Positions 34,979 to 42,967 of a stretch of 50,194 bases of DNA are shown one piece after another. Position 1 is the stretch's first letter; every line of letters starts with the position of its first letter. The DNA is taken from contig CAINWJ010000010.1 in NCBI GenBank assembly GCA_903854455.1, forward strand, positions 1 through 50,194, in the 5' to 3' direction. Position numbers and translations under genes: made by a program. The stretch is from Candidatus Peribacteria bacterium (GTDB lineage: Bacteria > Patescibacteriota > Gracilibacteria > Peribacterales > Peribacteraceae). The notes under the pieces were generated by a model. That model was given only the letters and a program-made list of their open reading frames with translations, ran no database searches and was not told the DNA's origin.

Positions 34979-36172
34979 TTGCCCACTCTTCTCCTCATCT
35001 CCCCTTACTGGAAGGAAGACCACCGTTGGATGGTCAGTTCCTACAAATTGGCTGAGCTGTGGCAGAGGCTCGGGTACCGGGTGGTGGTGATGTGTATGGG
35101 ACGAACGGGGGATCAGGGACCCTTCGGCTTCGCTCAGGGCGAGTCAGGGATCAGGGATCAGGATGGGAAAAATATTCAAAATGAGCGCGAGGCTGCTGCC
35201 CCGCAGGCACCAGAAATTCACCGTATTCCTGATTTCTTCATTCCCGATCCTTGGAACTACGGCATCGCGTTTGGATTTGCGGGGAAAGCGCTGAAGCTGG
35301 CACGAGAGATCAAGCCGGATGTGATTGTTGTGAATAAAGTCTTGTTCTGGAGCTCATTCGCCTTGCTCCGTTTACGATTGGCAGGATTCAAGGTGATCCT
35401 CACGACGGATGCGCTCGTCGGCATGACGTGGTGGCCGAGGACGCGCCTCGCCAAGATCGGTGCCGCCATCTACGCATGGACGCTGGGGTGGCTGATACTC
35501 AAGGCGGCAACGCAGGTGGTGTTCTTCCATCCGCAACCCCCTACCCTCCTCCGAAAACTTGGTATCGCGGAGAAATCGATTGTTATTCCTACGGGGATTG
35601 ATGCTGCGCCTTTTTCCCTCACCCCTGACCCCTCTCCCGATGGGAGAGGGGAAGTGGTTGTTACATATATTGGGCGACTGGAATCCGTCAAAGGTGTGGA
35701 GGATTTCGTTGCGGCTGCACTGAAGGTGAAGCGGGATCATCCGGAGCTGACGGTTCAGGTGGTCGGTTGGTCGAAGAAGGATCATCCGCTGGTGGAGGCA
35801 CACAAGGATCAGGTTGTCTTCACGGGTCTGCGTCATGACATCCCGGCGATCCTGGCGGCGACGGATATCTTCGTGCTCCCGAGCTACTCGGAAGGACTCA
35901 GCAATGCGCTAATGGAGGCGATGGCAGCCGGTTGCGCGTGTATAGCAAGCGACGTCGGCGGCAATGCGTTCCTCATCCAAAACGGGATCTCAGGGTTTCT
36001 GTTCCCCACAGGAGACAGGGAAGCACTGGCAGCTCACATTCGCCGACTAGTGGAAGATCCGGCGAAGCGGGAGGCGTTAGGCAGTAGTGCTCGTAAGAGA
36101 ATCATCGAGTACTTCAGTTCGAGTGTTACTGGTAGGCAATGGAGCCGGTTGTTCGGGAGTTTCGGGAACTGA
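34979..36172 (+). CDS. family 4 glycosyltransferase (GT4-1) carrying in-frame repeat insertions
   Basis: C-terminal GT4 pattern VFTGLRHDIPAILAATDIFVLPSYSEGLSNALMEAMAAGCACIASDVGG. A TTG at 34979 gives MPTLLLISPYW. The ORF-track start at 34916 translates the H2 repeat. Confidence 0.8.
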   Translation: MPTLLLISPYWKEDHRWMVSSYKLAELWQRLGYRVVVMCMGRTGDQGPFGFAQGESGIRDQDGKNIQNEREAAAPQAPEIHRIPDFFIPDPWNYGIAFGFAGKALKLAREIKPDVIVVNKVLFWSSFALLRLRLAGFKVILTTDALVGMTWWPRTRLAKIGAAIYAWTLGWLILKAATQVVFFHPQPPTLLRKLGIAEKSIVIPTGIDAAPFSLTPDPSPDGRGEVVVTYIGRLESVKGVEDFVAAALKVKRDHPELTVQVVGWSKKDHPLVEAHKDQVVFTGLRHDIPAILAATDIFVLPSYSEGLSNALMEAMAAGCACIASDVGGNAFLIQNGISGFLFPTGDREALAAHIRRLVEDPAKREALGSSARKRIIEYFSSSVTGRQWSRLFGSFGN

Positions 36173-36406
36173 TTCATTGGGGAGGCTTTCACTCGCAATA
36201 CGCCACAGTACCTCGGCAAGGAAAGCTGACATGTCTTCGAATTCTTTGTATTGCTGACGAGCTATGGCACGGAATTTTTCCACTGCTTGTGATATGGCTT
36301 CGGCATTATGCGCCCCGGACGGCGCAGAGCTTACGTTAGAAACTTCGAGTGCTGCTTCTCTAAGTTCCTTAGAGATAGGAAACTGATTCGGGCTGAGTTT
36401 TTTCAT
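36077..36406 (-). CDS. small hypothetical protein (109 aa); its 3' end overlaps the convergent GT4-1
   Basis: ATG at 36406 with AGGAAA ~12 nt upstream. It fills a 330-nt gap between the GT4 genes. No motif recognised. Confidence 0.3.
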   Translation of the reverse strand: MKKLSPNQFPISKELREAALEVSNVSSAPSGAHNAEAISQAVEKFRAIARQQYKEFEDMSAFLAEVLWRIASESLPNESVPETPEQPAPLPTSNTRTEVLDDSLTSTTA

Positions 36407-36504
36407 GCGCTCATTATTTTCCTGCCGTTCTATACTTACAACATTTTTCTTCTACTGGTGCCAGTAAGGTCTTCCTCTCGCTACAAAGTCATAGTTCGCA
36501 TACC

Positions 36505-37641
36505 ATGCTTTCCATGAAGAGGCACCTCGTTATCCTCTCGGCTTTTCTCTTCCCCTTCCGTTCCGGTGCCGAGGCGATGGTGGAGGAGGTGTCGGTGCGG
36601 CTGACGGATGAGTTTGACGTGACGATTGTGACGGCGCGGTTGAAACGATCACTGCCGAAGCGGGATCATCTTTTACCCCCACCCCCAATCCCTCCCCCGA
36701 GTCCGCTGCGGCGGACGGTCGGGAGAGGGGAGAATGGTGTTCATGTGGTTCGTGTCGGGCTTGGCTTCTCCTTCGATAAGTATTTATTCCCGTTCCTGGC
36801 ACCGTTTGCTGTTTTGCGATTGAAGCCCGACATCATTCACGCGGTGCTGGAATCGTACGCGGGGTTGGCGTTGGTGTTCTGTAAGTGGATCGTGCCGCGG
36901 GCGAAGCGGGTTCTGACACTCCAGAGTACGAATACTTCATTGTTCTTGGGTCCCATTCACCGCTGCGCACACATCATCACCGCGATCAGTTCGGCACTCA
37001 TTGAACGGGCGAAGACGTTCGGTCGGTCGGATGTCGTGCTCATTCCAAACGGCATCGATCTCGCTGCTATCAACCGTCTGTGTACGGAGCATCCCAAGGA
37101 TTCCGGTTGCATCCTCTTCGCGGGGCGACTGGAGCCGATGAAGGGAGTGGATGTGTTGTTCCAGGCATTTGCGAAGGCGATCACCGGTCTGTCGCCGGAT
37201 ATTCATTTGCGCATCGTCGGTGGCGGATCGCAGGAGAAGATGCTCCAGGATCTCGCCAAATCTCTTGAGATCGATCATCGCGTGACGTACACCGGACGCA
37301 TCGACCATCGTGCAGTGCTCGCGGAATTTGCCCGTGCAGAAATCTTCTGCGGACTGTCGCGGAGCGAGGCGCTTGGGAATGTCTTTCTGGAAGCGCAGGC
37401 TTCGGGTTGTGCCGTGATCGCGACGAACATCGGCGGGATTCCGGAGATCGTGAAGGATCAGGAGAGCGGATTGCTTGTCCCGCCAGATGATATCGATGCT
37501 TCTGCAAAGGCGATCAAATCACTGCTGGCTGATCCCGGATTGCGTGCGAGATTGTCGATAGCAGCGAAGAAGGGGATGGAGCGGTATGATTGGCAGGTTA
37601 TTTCCATGGCTTATACAAGAGCATTATCAGGTGGTGTATGA
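36505..37641 (+). CDS. family 4 glycosyltransferase (GT4-2) carrying an in-frame repeat insertion
   Basis: ILFAGRLEPMKGVDVL...EIFCGLSRSEALGNVFLEAQASGCAVIATNIGGIPEIV. Confidence 0.85.
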   Translation: MLSMKRHLVILSAFLFPFRSGAEAMVEEVSVRLTDEFDVTIVTARLKRSLPKRDHLLPPPPIPPPSPLRRTVGRGENGVHVVRVGLGFSFDKYLFPFLAPFAVLRLKPDIIHAVLESYAGLALVFCKWIVPRAKRVLTLQSTNTSLFLGPIHRCAHIITAISSALIERAKTFGRSDVVLIPNGIDLAAINRLCTEHPKDSGCILFAGRLEPMKGVDVLFQAFAKAITGLSPDIHLRIVGGGSQEKMLQDLAKSLEIDHRVTYTGRIDHRAVLAEFARAEIFCGLSRSEALGNVFLEAQASGCAVIATNIGGIPEIVKDQESGLLVPPDDIDASAKAIKSLLADPGLRARLSIAAKKGMERYDWQVISMAYTRALSGGV

Positions 37642-37851
37642 GGAATAATTGACAGAATAATTTGGAGAGGGTTTCATATAAACATGTGTGAACTTTCTGA
37701 ACCTCCAACGCAAAAGGATCCGCTGGACGCATATCTTCAAAAAAATTTTCGTCCAACAGAACAGGATTTTGAGAGACCAAGTCCAAGGTTGGCAAACGCA
37801 ATTGAAGAAATCTTCGGTCGCCCCGCTGAATTTGCTGCAAGGTAGTTTTGC

Positions 37852-37921
37852 CTATTCGATAATCCCCCTGATCGTCTCCACACAGTGATCGACACTTTCA
37901 TTGACTAGCATGTGGTCGAAC
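37852..37921 (-). pseudogene. orphan duplicate of the last 22-23 codons plus stop of the 38071-38970 gene
   Basis: 70 nt match 38071-38140 at a constant offset of 219, with about five mismatches. It translates to FDHMLVNESVDHCVETIRGIIE*. Confidence 0.75.
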
Positions 37922-38070
37922 CCCCACCCCCTAACCCCCTCCCCCGGTGGGAGAGGGGGAATCTTTTTCGATGATCATTACAGGAAGTCATCCTTCCGTC
38001 ACTTGCCCTGAGCGAAGCTGAAGGGTCGGCGGAAAGAAGTGGATGGGGGTGGTTGAACATCAGCCGACCA

Positions 38071-38970
38071 TTATTCGATAATTCCTCTGATCGTCTCCAC
38101 ACAGTGATCGACACTTTCATTGACCAGCATGTGATCGAACAGGTGTGCGTGGGAGTCCAGGGCTTCCAGGTGTGATTTTGCATTCTTGATTTGCTCTGCG
38201 ATCTGCAGTTCGGAATCTTCACGCGAGCGCAAGCGGTGGAGTAATGCCGAGAGCATTCTGCGGTGAGATGTCCCCGGTGGGAGCAGTCCGCAGCTTAAAA
38301 TTGTCCTTCGTCCGAGAGACTTCGCCAGTCCTTCCAGAAGATGAATGTCGGTCGTGACGACGGGCAGTTTCTTCTTCTGCCAGATCAGGTCGATGTCTTT
38401 CCTGCGGTAACCCGCGCTGTACTGACCGCTGTCGGTCAACGTCGAGTGTGCGACGATCTCGCCGCTCTCGATCATTGCCTGGAACTTTGTTTCCGATACG
38501 ACAATGTGCGGTTCTGTGTGTGCGCTCTTCAGTTTGCGCGTTGTCACCATCGGTACCTGCTCCACGACGCTGGAGAACATGCTGAGCAGTGCCTTGGAGA
38601 TGGTGGTTTTGCCAACACCCGACGGTCCCGTCAGTGCCAACACGTAGGTGCGGACGGTGAAGAGTGGGGTTGCGACCGGGACCACGACTTCGTACTTGAG
38701 ATCGTTGATGAAGAGTCCGTTCTCCATTGTTCGGATCTTCCTCATTCGTGGAGCGACGATGGCTCCTATGGCAGGTGGCGCGCTCTCCGGCGTCATCTGT
38801 GCCATCACTTTCGTTCCATCTTCCTTCTCGATCAGCGCAACGGTATAGGCATCCGATCCGAAGCCTTTCGGAGGATTGTGGATGGTCGTGAAGCTCAGAA
38901 TCGTGCCGCGGAGCAGCGGAGTTTTGCTGAGAGCTTGGGTGCGGCGGTGGAGGGAAGGGATACGATCCAA
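38071..38970 (-). CDS. fusion: DUF35-like OB-fold domain (thiolase/HMGS scaffold type, no Zn ribbon) plus guanylate-kinase-like P-loop domain
   Basis: The N-terminal LRGTILSFTTIHNPPKGFGSDAYTVALIEKEDGTKVMAQMT matches the DUF35 OB pattern. The C-terminal LTGPSGVGKTTISKALL...VTTRKLK... is collinear with Gmk. The start is a TTG at 38970 and is uncertain. Confidence 0.75.
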   Translation of the reverse strand: MDRIPSLHRRTQALSKTPLLRGTILSFTTIHNPPKGFGSDAYTVALIEKEDGTKVMAQMTPESAPPAIGAIVAPRMRKIRTMENGLFINDLKYEVVVPVATPLFTVRTYVLALTGPSGVGKTTISKALLSMFSSVVEQVPMVTTRKLKSAHTEPHIVVSETKFQAMIESGEIVAHSTLTDSGQYSAGYRRKDIDLIWQKKKLPVVTTDIHLLEGLAKSLGRRTILSCGLLPPGTSHRRMLSALLHRLRSREDSELQIAEQIKNAKSHLEALDSHAHLFDHMLVNESVDHCVETIRGIIE

Positions 38971-39074
38971 TGTAGAATTTAGAATGTAGAATGTAGAATG
39001 GAAGAAGGCTGAGAAAGGTCGTTGAGCTGCATAGAAAGCATCATTTTACATTCTACATTATACATTTTACATTC
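38968..39074. repeat. heptamer-array hairpin H3
   Basis: Left arm CAATGTAGAATTTAGAATGTAGAATGTAGAATGG at 38968-39001. Right arm CATTTTACATTCTACATTATACATTTTACATTC at 39042-39074. It lies between the thiolase stop and the next gene's start. Confidence 0.85.
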
Positions 39075-39076
39075 GG

Positions 39077-40216
39077 TCAGATGCTCTCTAGCAGGTGAAT
39101 CGTGCACGTTGCCCCAACACCGCCCAAATTGTGTGCCAGGACGCGCTTGGCGTTCTGCACTTGGTTCGGGGCTTGTTTGGTGAGTTGCTTGAAGCAATCC
39201 AGCACCTGCTTTACTCCAGTGGCGCCGATGGGATGACCGCAGGCTTTGAGCCCGCCGCTCGTATTGATGGGGCAGGCACCATCGATGTCGGTATCTCCCT
39301 GTTTATACAGTTGAATGGCTTCGCCTTCGGGTGCGAATCCCATGTCCTCGAGATGGATAAGGGACGCGATGGAGAAGCAGTCGTGGAGTTCGATGGCATC
39401 GATGTCGTTTCGCTTCCAACCGGCTTCACTGAGCGCATTGGCAAATGCCGTCTTCGTGCTGGTAAATGATGTGATGCTTGCACGATCAGTCAGGCTCAGC
39501 GCTTCCGTGCCGATCTGCGATGCGGCAAGGCGAACACCGGATTCATGCTTCGTGGAAAGGATGAGAGCGGCAGCACCGTCGGTGATCGGTGAGCAGTCGA
39601 GGAGCCGCAGCGGATCGGCGACGAGAGGACTCCTAGAAATGGACGCTGCGGGGATTTCTTTCCGGAACTGCGCGTACGGATTCTTCACCGCAGCCTTGTG
39701 GGACAGCGCGGACACCAGGCTCAGATCATCACGACTGAGATTGTACTTGTGCATGTAGGCGGTCGCCGTCAGCGCGAAGATCCCCGGGAACGTGAGGCCG
39801 GAGGGTCCATCCTTCTCCGCATCCGCGGCGTGCATCAGTGCACTCGTGACCAGTTCACCCGCGACATCCGTCAATTTCTCCGCACCGATCACCAGCACCG
39901 TCTCCGCACGATTACTTTCCAGCAGTGCACAAGCTGTGTGAATCGCAATCCCACCGGATGCGCATGCGGCTTCCACTCGGAGTGCCGGAGGATGGTGCGG
40001 CAGCAAACTGGAGCAGAACGTGCCGAGGTGTGCCTGCTCCGCCGTCTCGCCACCCAGCATGTTGCCGATAACCACCGCGTCGATGTCGGTGGGCAGGATC
40101 TTGGTTGCGGCGATGGCTCCGTCCACCGCAGAGCGGATCAGATCAGCCAGGGAAAAATCCCACAGCTCGCCAAACTTGGTTTGGCCTCCTCCGAGGACGT
40201 ACACAGGTTGAAGCAT
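39077..40216 (-). CDS. acetyl-CoA acetyltransferase (thiolase), archaeal/SCP-x-like type
   Basis: 379 aa. It has the catalytic-Cys region VEAACASGGIAIH and the C-terminal GHPIGATGV...NLGGVGATC, and sits next to HMGS and DUF35-like genes. Confidence 0.88.
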   Translation of the reverse strand: MLQPVYVLGGGQTKFGELWDFSLADLIRSAVDGAIAATKILPTDIDAVVIGNMLGGETAEQAHLGTFCSSLLPHHPPALRVEAACASGGIAIHTACALLESNRAETVLVIGAEKLTDVAGELVTSALMHAADAEKDGPSGLTFPGIFALTATAYMHKYNLSRDDLSLVSALSHKAAVKNPYAQFRKEIPAASISRSPLVADPLRLLDCSPITDGAAALILSTKHESGVRLAASQIGTEALSLTDRASITSFTSTKTAFANALSEAGWKRNDIDAIELHDCFSIASLIHLEDMGFAPEGEAIQLYKQGDTDIDGACPINTSGGLKACGHPIGATGVKQVLDCFKQLTKQAPNQVQNAKRVLAHNLGGVGATCTIHLLESI

Positions 40217-40277
40217 AACGACCGCGAGAGTGTAGCGGAGAGGGAAGTGGGCGGGGATTGACGGATATAATTAATTA

Positions 40278-40625
40278 TTATTGTACGCAGCTTGCTACTG
40301 CATCCCATCCATCGTGGCTTTGATCAGGATTGGCACCCGTTCCATTTGTTCCAGCATGTCTGCTGGGGGGTCGACTATCAAGATAATCTTGATATGGATT
40401 CCGTTCTAATTCTTGAAAGTCTGCAACAGCAGCTGCTGGAGTCTCATTATTACACAGTCTTAACATTGCTTCTCGGGGAAGTGCTACACCATTTACGACT
40501 ATTGTTTCAAATCCACCACAATCACGGTCAACTCGGACATCCTTTTGCTCCGATGTTCTTAACTTATCGGCAATCGCTTGCACAGTCGGTTTTCCTCCTG
40601 GTGTCAGTCCGTTGTTCATAGTCAA
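40278..40625 (-). CDS. small hypothetical protein (115 aa) wedged between HMGS and thiolase
   Basis: ORF in a ~400-nt segment that looks more AT-rich than the flanking enzyme genes. No motif recognised. Confidence 0.4.
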   Translation of the reverse strand: MTMNNGLTPGGKPTVQAIADKLRTSEQKDVRVDRDCGGFETIVVNGVALPREAMLRLCNNETPAAAVADFQELERNPYQDYLDSRPPSRHAGTNGTGANPDQSHDGWDAVASCVQ

Positions 40626-40669
40626 AACATTGGGAAAGTGAGAACAATTTAACAGGATATCTATTCATG

Positions 40670-41695
40670 TCAAGAATTCCGCATCTGCAAATATTCTCCA
40701 TAACTTAATCTCTTCAATTCCTGTTCCCCTTCCCGCGGCGGGAGGGATTTGCCGTCCTGGAGCATGGTAAACAGGAACGCATCGGCACCGGCACCGGAGC
40801 CGTAGGAGACCAAGAGAATTTTCTGACCTTTGGTGGCTTTTTCGAGGACGAACGTGAGACCGAGTGGTGAGCAGGCGGAGTAGGTGTTGCCGATATGCGG
40901 CACGATGAAGCCAAGTTTGAGTTGTTCTAGCGTGAAGCCGAGACGCTTGGCAGCTGCTGCGGGGAACTTGCCATTGGGCATGTGGAGGACGACGTGAGCG
41001 AAATCTTTGGGTTCCAGCTTCTCTTGTTCCATTATTTTTTTTGCAGCTGTGATGACGTGATGGAAGTACGCCGGTTCACCGGTGAAGCGACCGGCGTGGC
41101 GCGGGTGCTCTTCACCTGCATTGCGCCAGAAGTCCGGCGTGTCGGTGGTGAAGGAGAGTGTTGCATCGATGGAACAGATTCCGGGATTCTTCTTTGTCGG
41201 CATTCCGACGATGAATGCGGCGGCGCCGGCAGCTGCGGAATACTCCAGCGCGTCGCCGGGTTTGGATTGCGCGGTATCCGAGCCGATGGCCATGCCGGCT
41301 TTGATCTGCTTGGACTCCACCATTGATTTGATGACCTGCAGAGCAGCGGTACCGGCTTTGCAGGCGAACTCCAGGTCGGCGGCGTGGCAGAAAGGATTCA
41401 GCTTGAGTGCCGTCGCCAGCATCCCGCTCGTTGGCTTCACGGCGTAGGGGTGACTCTCGGATCCCACGAAGATTGCTGTGATTGATTCTGCATCCATATC
41501 ACCGGTTTCCAGTGCTTGTTTACCGGCTTCCCATGCCAGTGTGAAGGTGTCTTCATCTTTGGATGGGACGGACTTCTCGATGATGCCCAGCCCTTCCGCT
41601 TGCTCACTTCCGCGTTTCCAGTGCTCCGCGATCACTTTGGATTCGATGCGGTTTTTGGGAATGTAGCGGCCGAAGGAGAGGATGGAGGCGGGCAC
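40670..41695 (-). CDS. hydroxymethylglutaryl-CoA synthase, archaeal-type (short, ~340 aa)
   Basis: ILSFGRYIPKNRI...FVGSESHPYAVKPT...LEFACKAGTAAL...HMPNGKFP...IGNTYSAC. Thiolase-fold condensing enzyme pattern in a mevalonate context. Confidence 0.88.
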   Translation of the reverse strand: MPASILSFGRYIPKNRIESKVIAEHWKRGSEQAEGLGIIEKSVPSKDEDTFTLAWEAGKQALETGDMDAESITAIFVGSESHPYAVKPTSGMLATALKLNPFCHAADLEFACKAGTAALQVIKSMVESKQIKAGMAIGSDTAQSKPGDALEYSAAAGAAAFIVGMPTKKNPGICSIDATLSFTTDTPDFWRNAGEEHPRHAGRFTGEPAYFHHVITAAKKIMEQEKLEPKDFAHVVLHMPNGKFPAAAAKRLGFTLEQLKLGFIVPHIGNTYSACSPLGLTFVLEKATKGQKILLVSYGSGAGADAFLFTMLQDGKSLPPREGEQELKRLSYGEYLQMRNS

Positions 41696-41700
41696 GGGAT

Positions 41701-41733
41701 GGAATGTAGAATGTAGAATGTAGAATGTAAAAT
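41701..41733. repeat. solo heptamer array H4 (no inverted partner)
   Basis: GGAATGTAGAATGTAGAATGTAGAATGTAAAAT, in the HMGS / HAD divergent intergenic region. Confidence 0.8.
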
Positions 41734-41783
41734 TATTATTGAAAGGAGAATGGTTCGGGGAAGAATTTCTTCATTAATGAATA

Positions 41784-41870
41784 GGGGAGCAGGATTCCTT
41801 CCTGCGGCACCGCGGGTACCCTCCTTCGCCCTGCGCGGCTTCGGAAGGGCAGGGAAACCCGCTCCCCATT
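41784..41870. repeat. composite of the GCGGGT..ACCCGC hairpin family (degenerate inverted copy plus expanded forward copy)
   Basis: GGGGAGCAGGATTCCTTCCTGCGG followed by CACCGCGGGTACC...GGGAAACCCGCTCCCCATT. Confidence 0.5.
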
Positions 41871-41914
41871 CAAAAAATGGTTCCTGCATTTCTTTCTCTG
41901 CTAAGCTCATAACA

Positions 41915-42778
41915 ATGTCTCCAATCAAGCTCGTCATCCTCGACATCGATGGGGTGATCATCGGAAGGAGGAAAGGGCATAATAATCCTGTGCCATCCGG
42001 TCCTGTGACGGATCGGATCCTTGAGCTGCAGAAAAAGGGGATCATGGTCAGCTACTGCACTAATCGATCATTCAGTGGTATCGGACAGATTCTTGAGAGC
42101 ACACAATCCAATGGTGTTCACATTGTTGATGGGGGTGCGATTCTGTTTGATGCCGGTAAACATGCGCCGACAGTGCAGCATATCATTGATCCTGTTGATG
42201 TTTCAGCTGCCATTGATTTCAGCGAGCGACATCAGGCGCATATCGAGGTTTATATTCTCGATCGGTATTTCATTCAGAGGAGCCAAAGCACTTCTATCAT
42301 TGTTCCTGAACATTCGCGGATTCTGGGTCAGGAGCCCGAGGTCGTGTCCTCACTTGCCGATGTGGCTACCCGATATCCCGTCGTTCGGATTCTCGCCGTT
42401 CTTCCTGATCAACAATCATCGGAGCAATTTACTGCGGACTGGAAATCGGAAGGATTGAGTGCGTCCCTGCATTGGGGAGTGCATCCGACACTGCTGCCGC
42501 ATCAGTTTGGTGTCATCACAGCGACGGGTGTTTCCAAAAAGAAAGGAATGTGTGAGCTGTTGGCACAAGCCGGTGTTTCCAGTGATCAGACTCTTGGCAT
42601 CGGAGATTGGATATCAGATTGGGAGTTCATGGAGGAATGCGGCTATGTGGGTGCGATGGGTAATGCAAATGATGAACTCAAGGAGAAGGTGAAGACTAAA
42701 GGTGACGGTCATTTCGTCATCGGTGGTGATGTGGATGAGGATGGGATTCTGAAGATTCTGGATCATTTCGGGGTGTGA
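41915..42778 (+). CDS. HAD-superfamily hydrolase, Cof-type (IIB) phosphatase
   Basis: MSPIKLVILDIDGVII (DxD motif I) ... GIGDWISDWEFMEECGYVGAMGNAND (motif IV). I use the ATG at 41915, because the upstream ORF part translates repeats. Confidence 0.8.
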   Translation: MSPIKLVILDIDGVIIGRRKGHNNPVPSGPVTDRILELQKKGIMVSYCTNRSFSGIGQILESTQSNGVHIVDGGAILFDAGKHAPTVQHIIDPVDVSAAIDFSERHQAHIEVYILDRYFIQRSQSTSIIVPEHSRILGQEPEVVSSLADVATRYPVVRILAVLPDQQSSEQFTADWKSEGLSASLHWGVHPTLLPHQFGVITATGVSKKKGMCELLAQAGVSSDQTLGIGDWISDWEFMEECGYVGAMGNANDELKEKVKTKGDGHFVIGGDVDEDGILKILDHFGV

Positions 42779-42841
42779 TTGTTGTCGAGGCGTTCGTAGA
42801 GCCACAACATTTTGCGGATCTACACATGTTTTATTTTTTTT

Positions 42842-42864
42842 GAGACGCCCCGGCGGGGCGTCTC
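42842..42864. repeat. palindrome GAGACGCCCCGGCGGGGCGTCTC (same family as in the paralog array)
   Basis: Read directly. Preceded by a T-run and located between the convergent HAD and HMGR genes. Confidence 0.8.
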
Positions 42865-42876
42865 TATTCTTGAATG

Positions 42877-42951
42877 CACCGCGGGTCGGGAGACCCGCTC
42901 CCAAATTTCAATTATCTTGGATTCACCGCGGGTAGGAAACCCGCTCCCCAA
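42877..42951. repeat. two direct copies of hairpin repeat CACCGCGGGT-aggaa-ACCCGCTCCCCAA
   Basis: Copies at 42877-42904 and 42924-42951. A third copy lies at 45230-45256. Confidence 0.75.
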
Positions 42952-42967
42952 GGTATTTTACCTCAAT

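Noticed and set aside
37905-38222. 105-aa minus-strand ORF spanning the small insert and the gene end.
   Set aside because: It is out of frame with the well-supported DUF35-kinase gene and translates the C-rich/G-rich repeat. It is an artefact of the duplication and insert.
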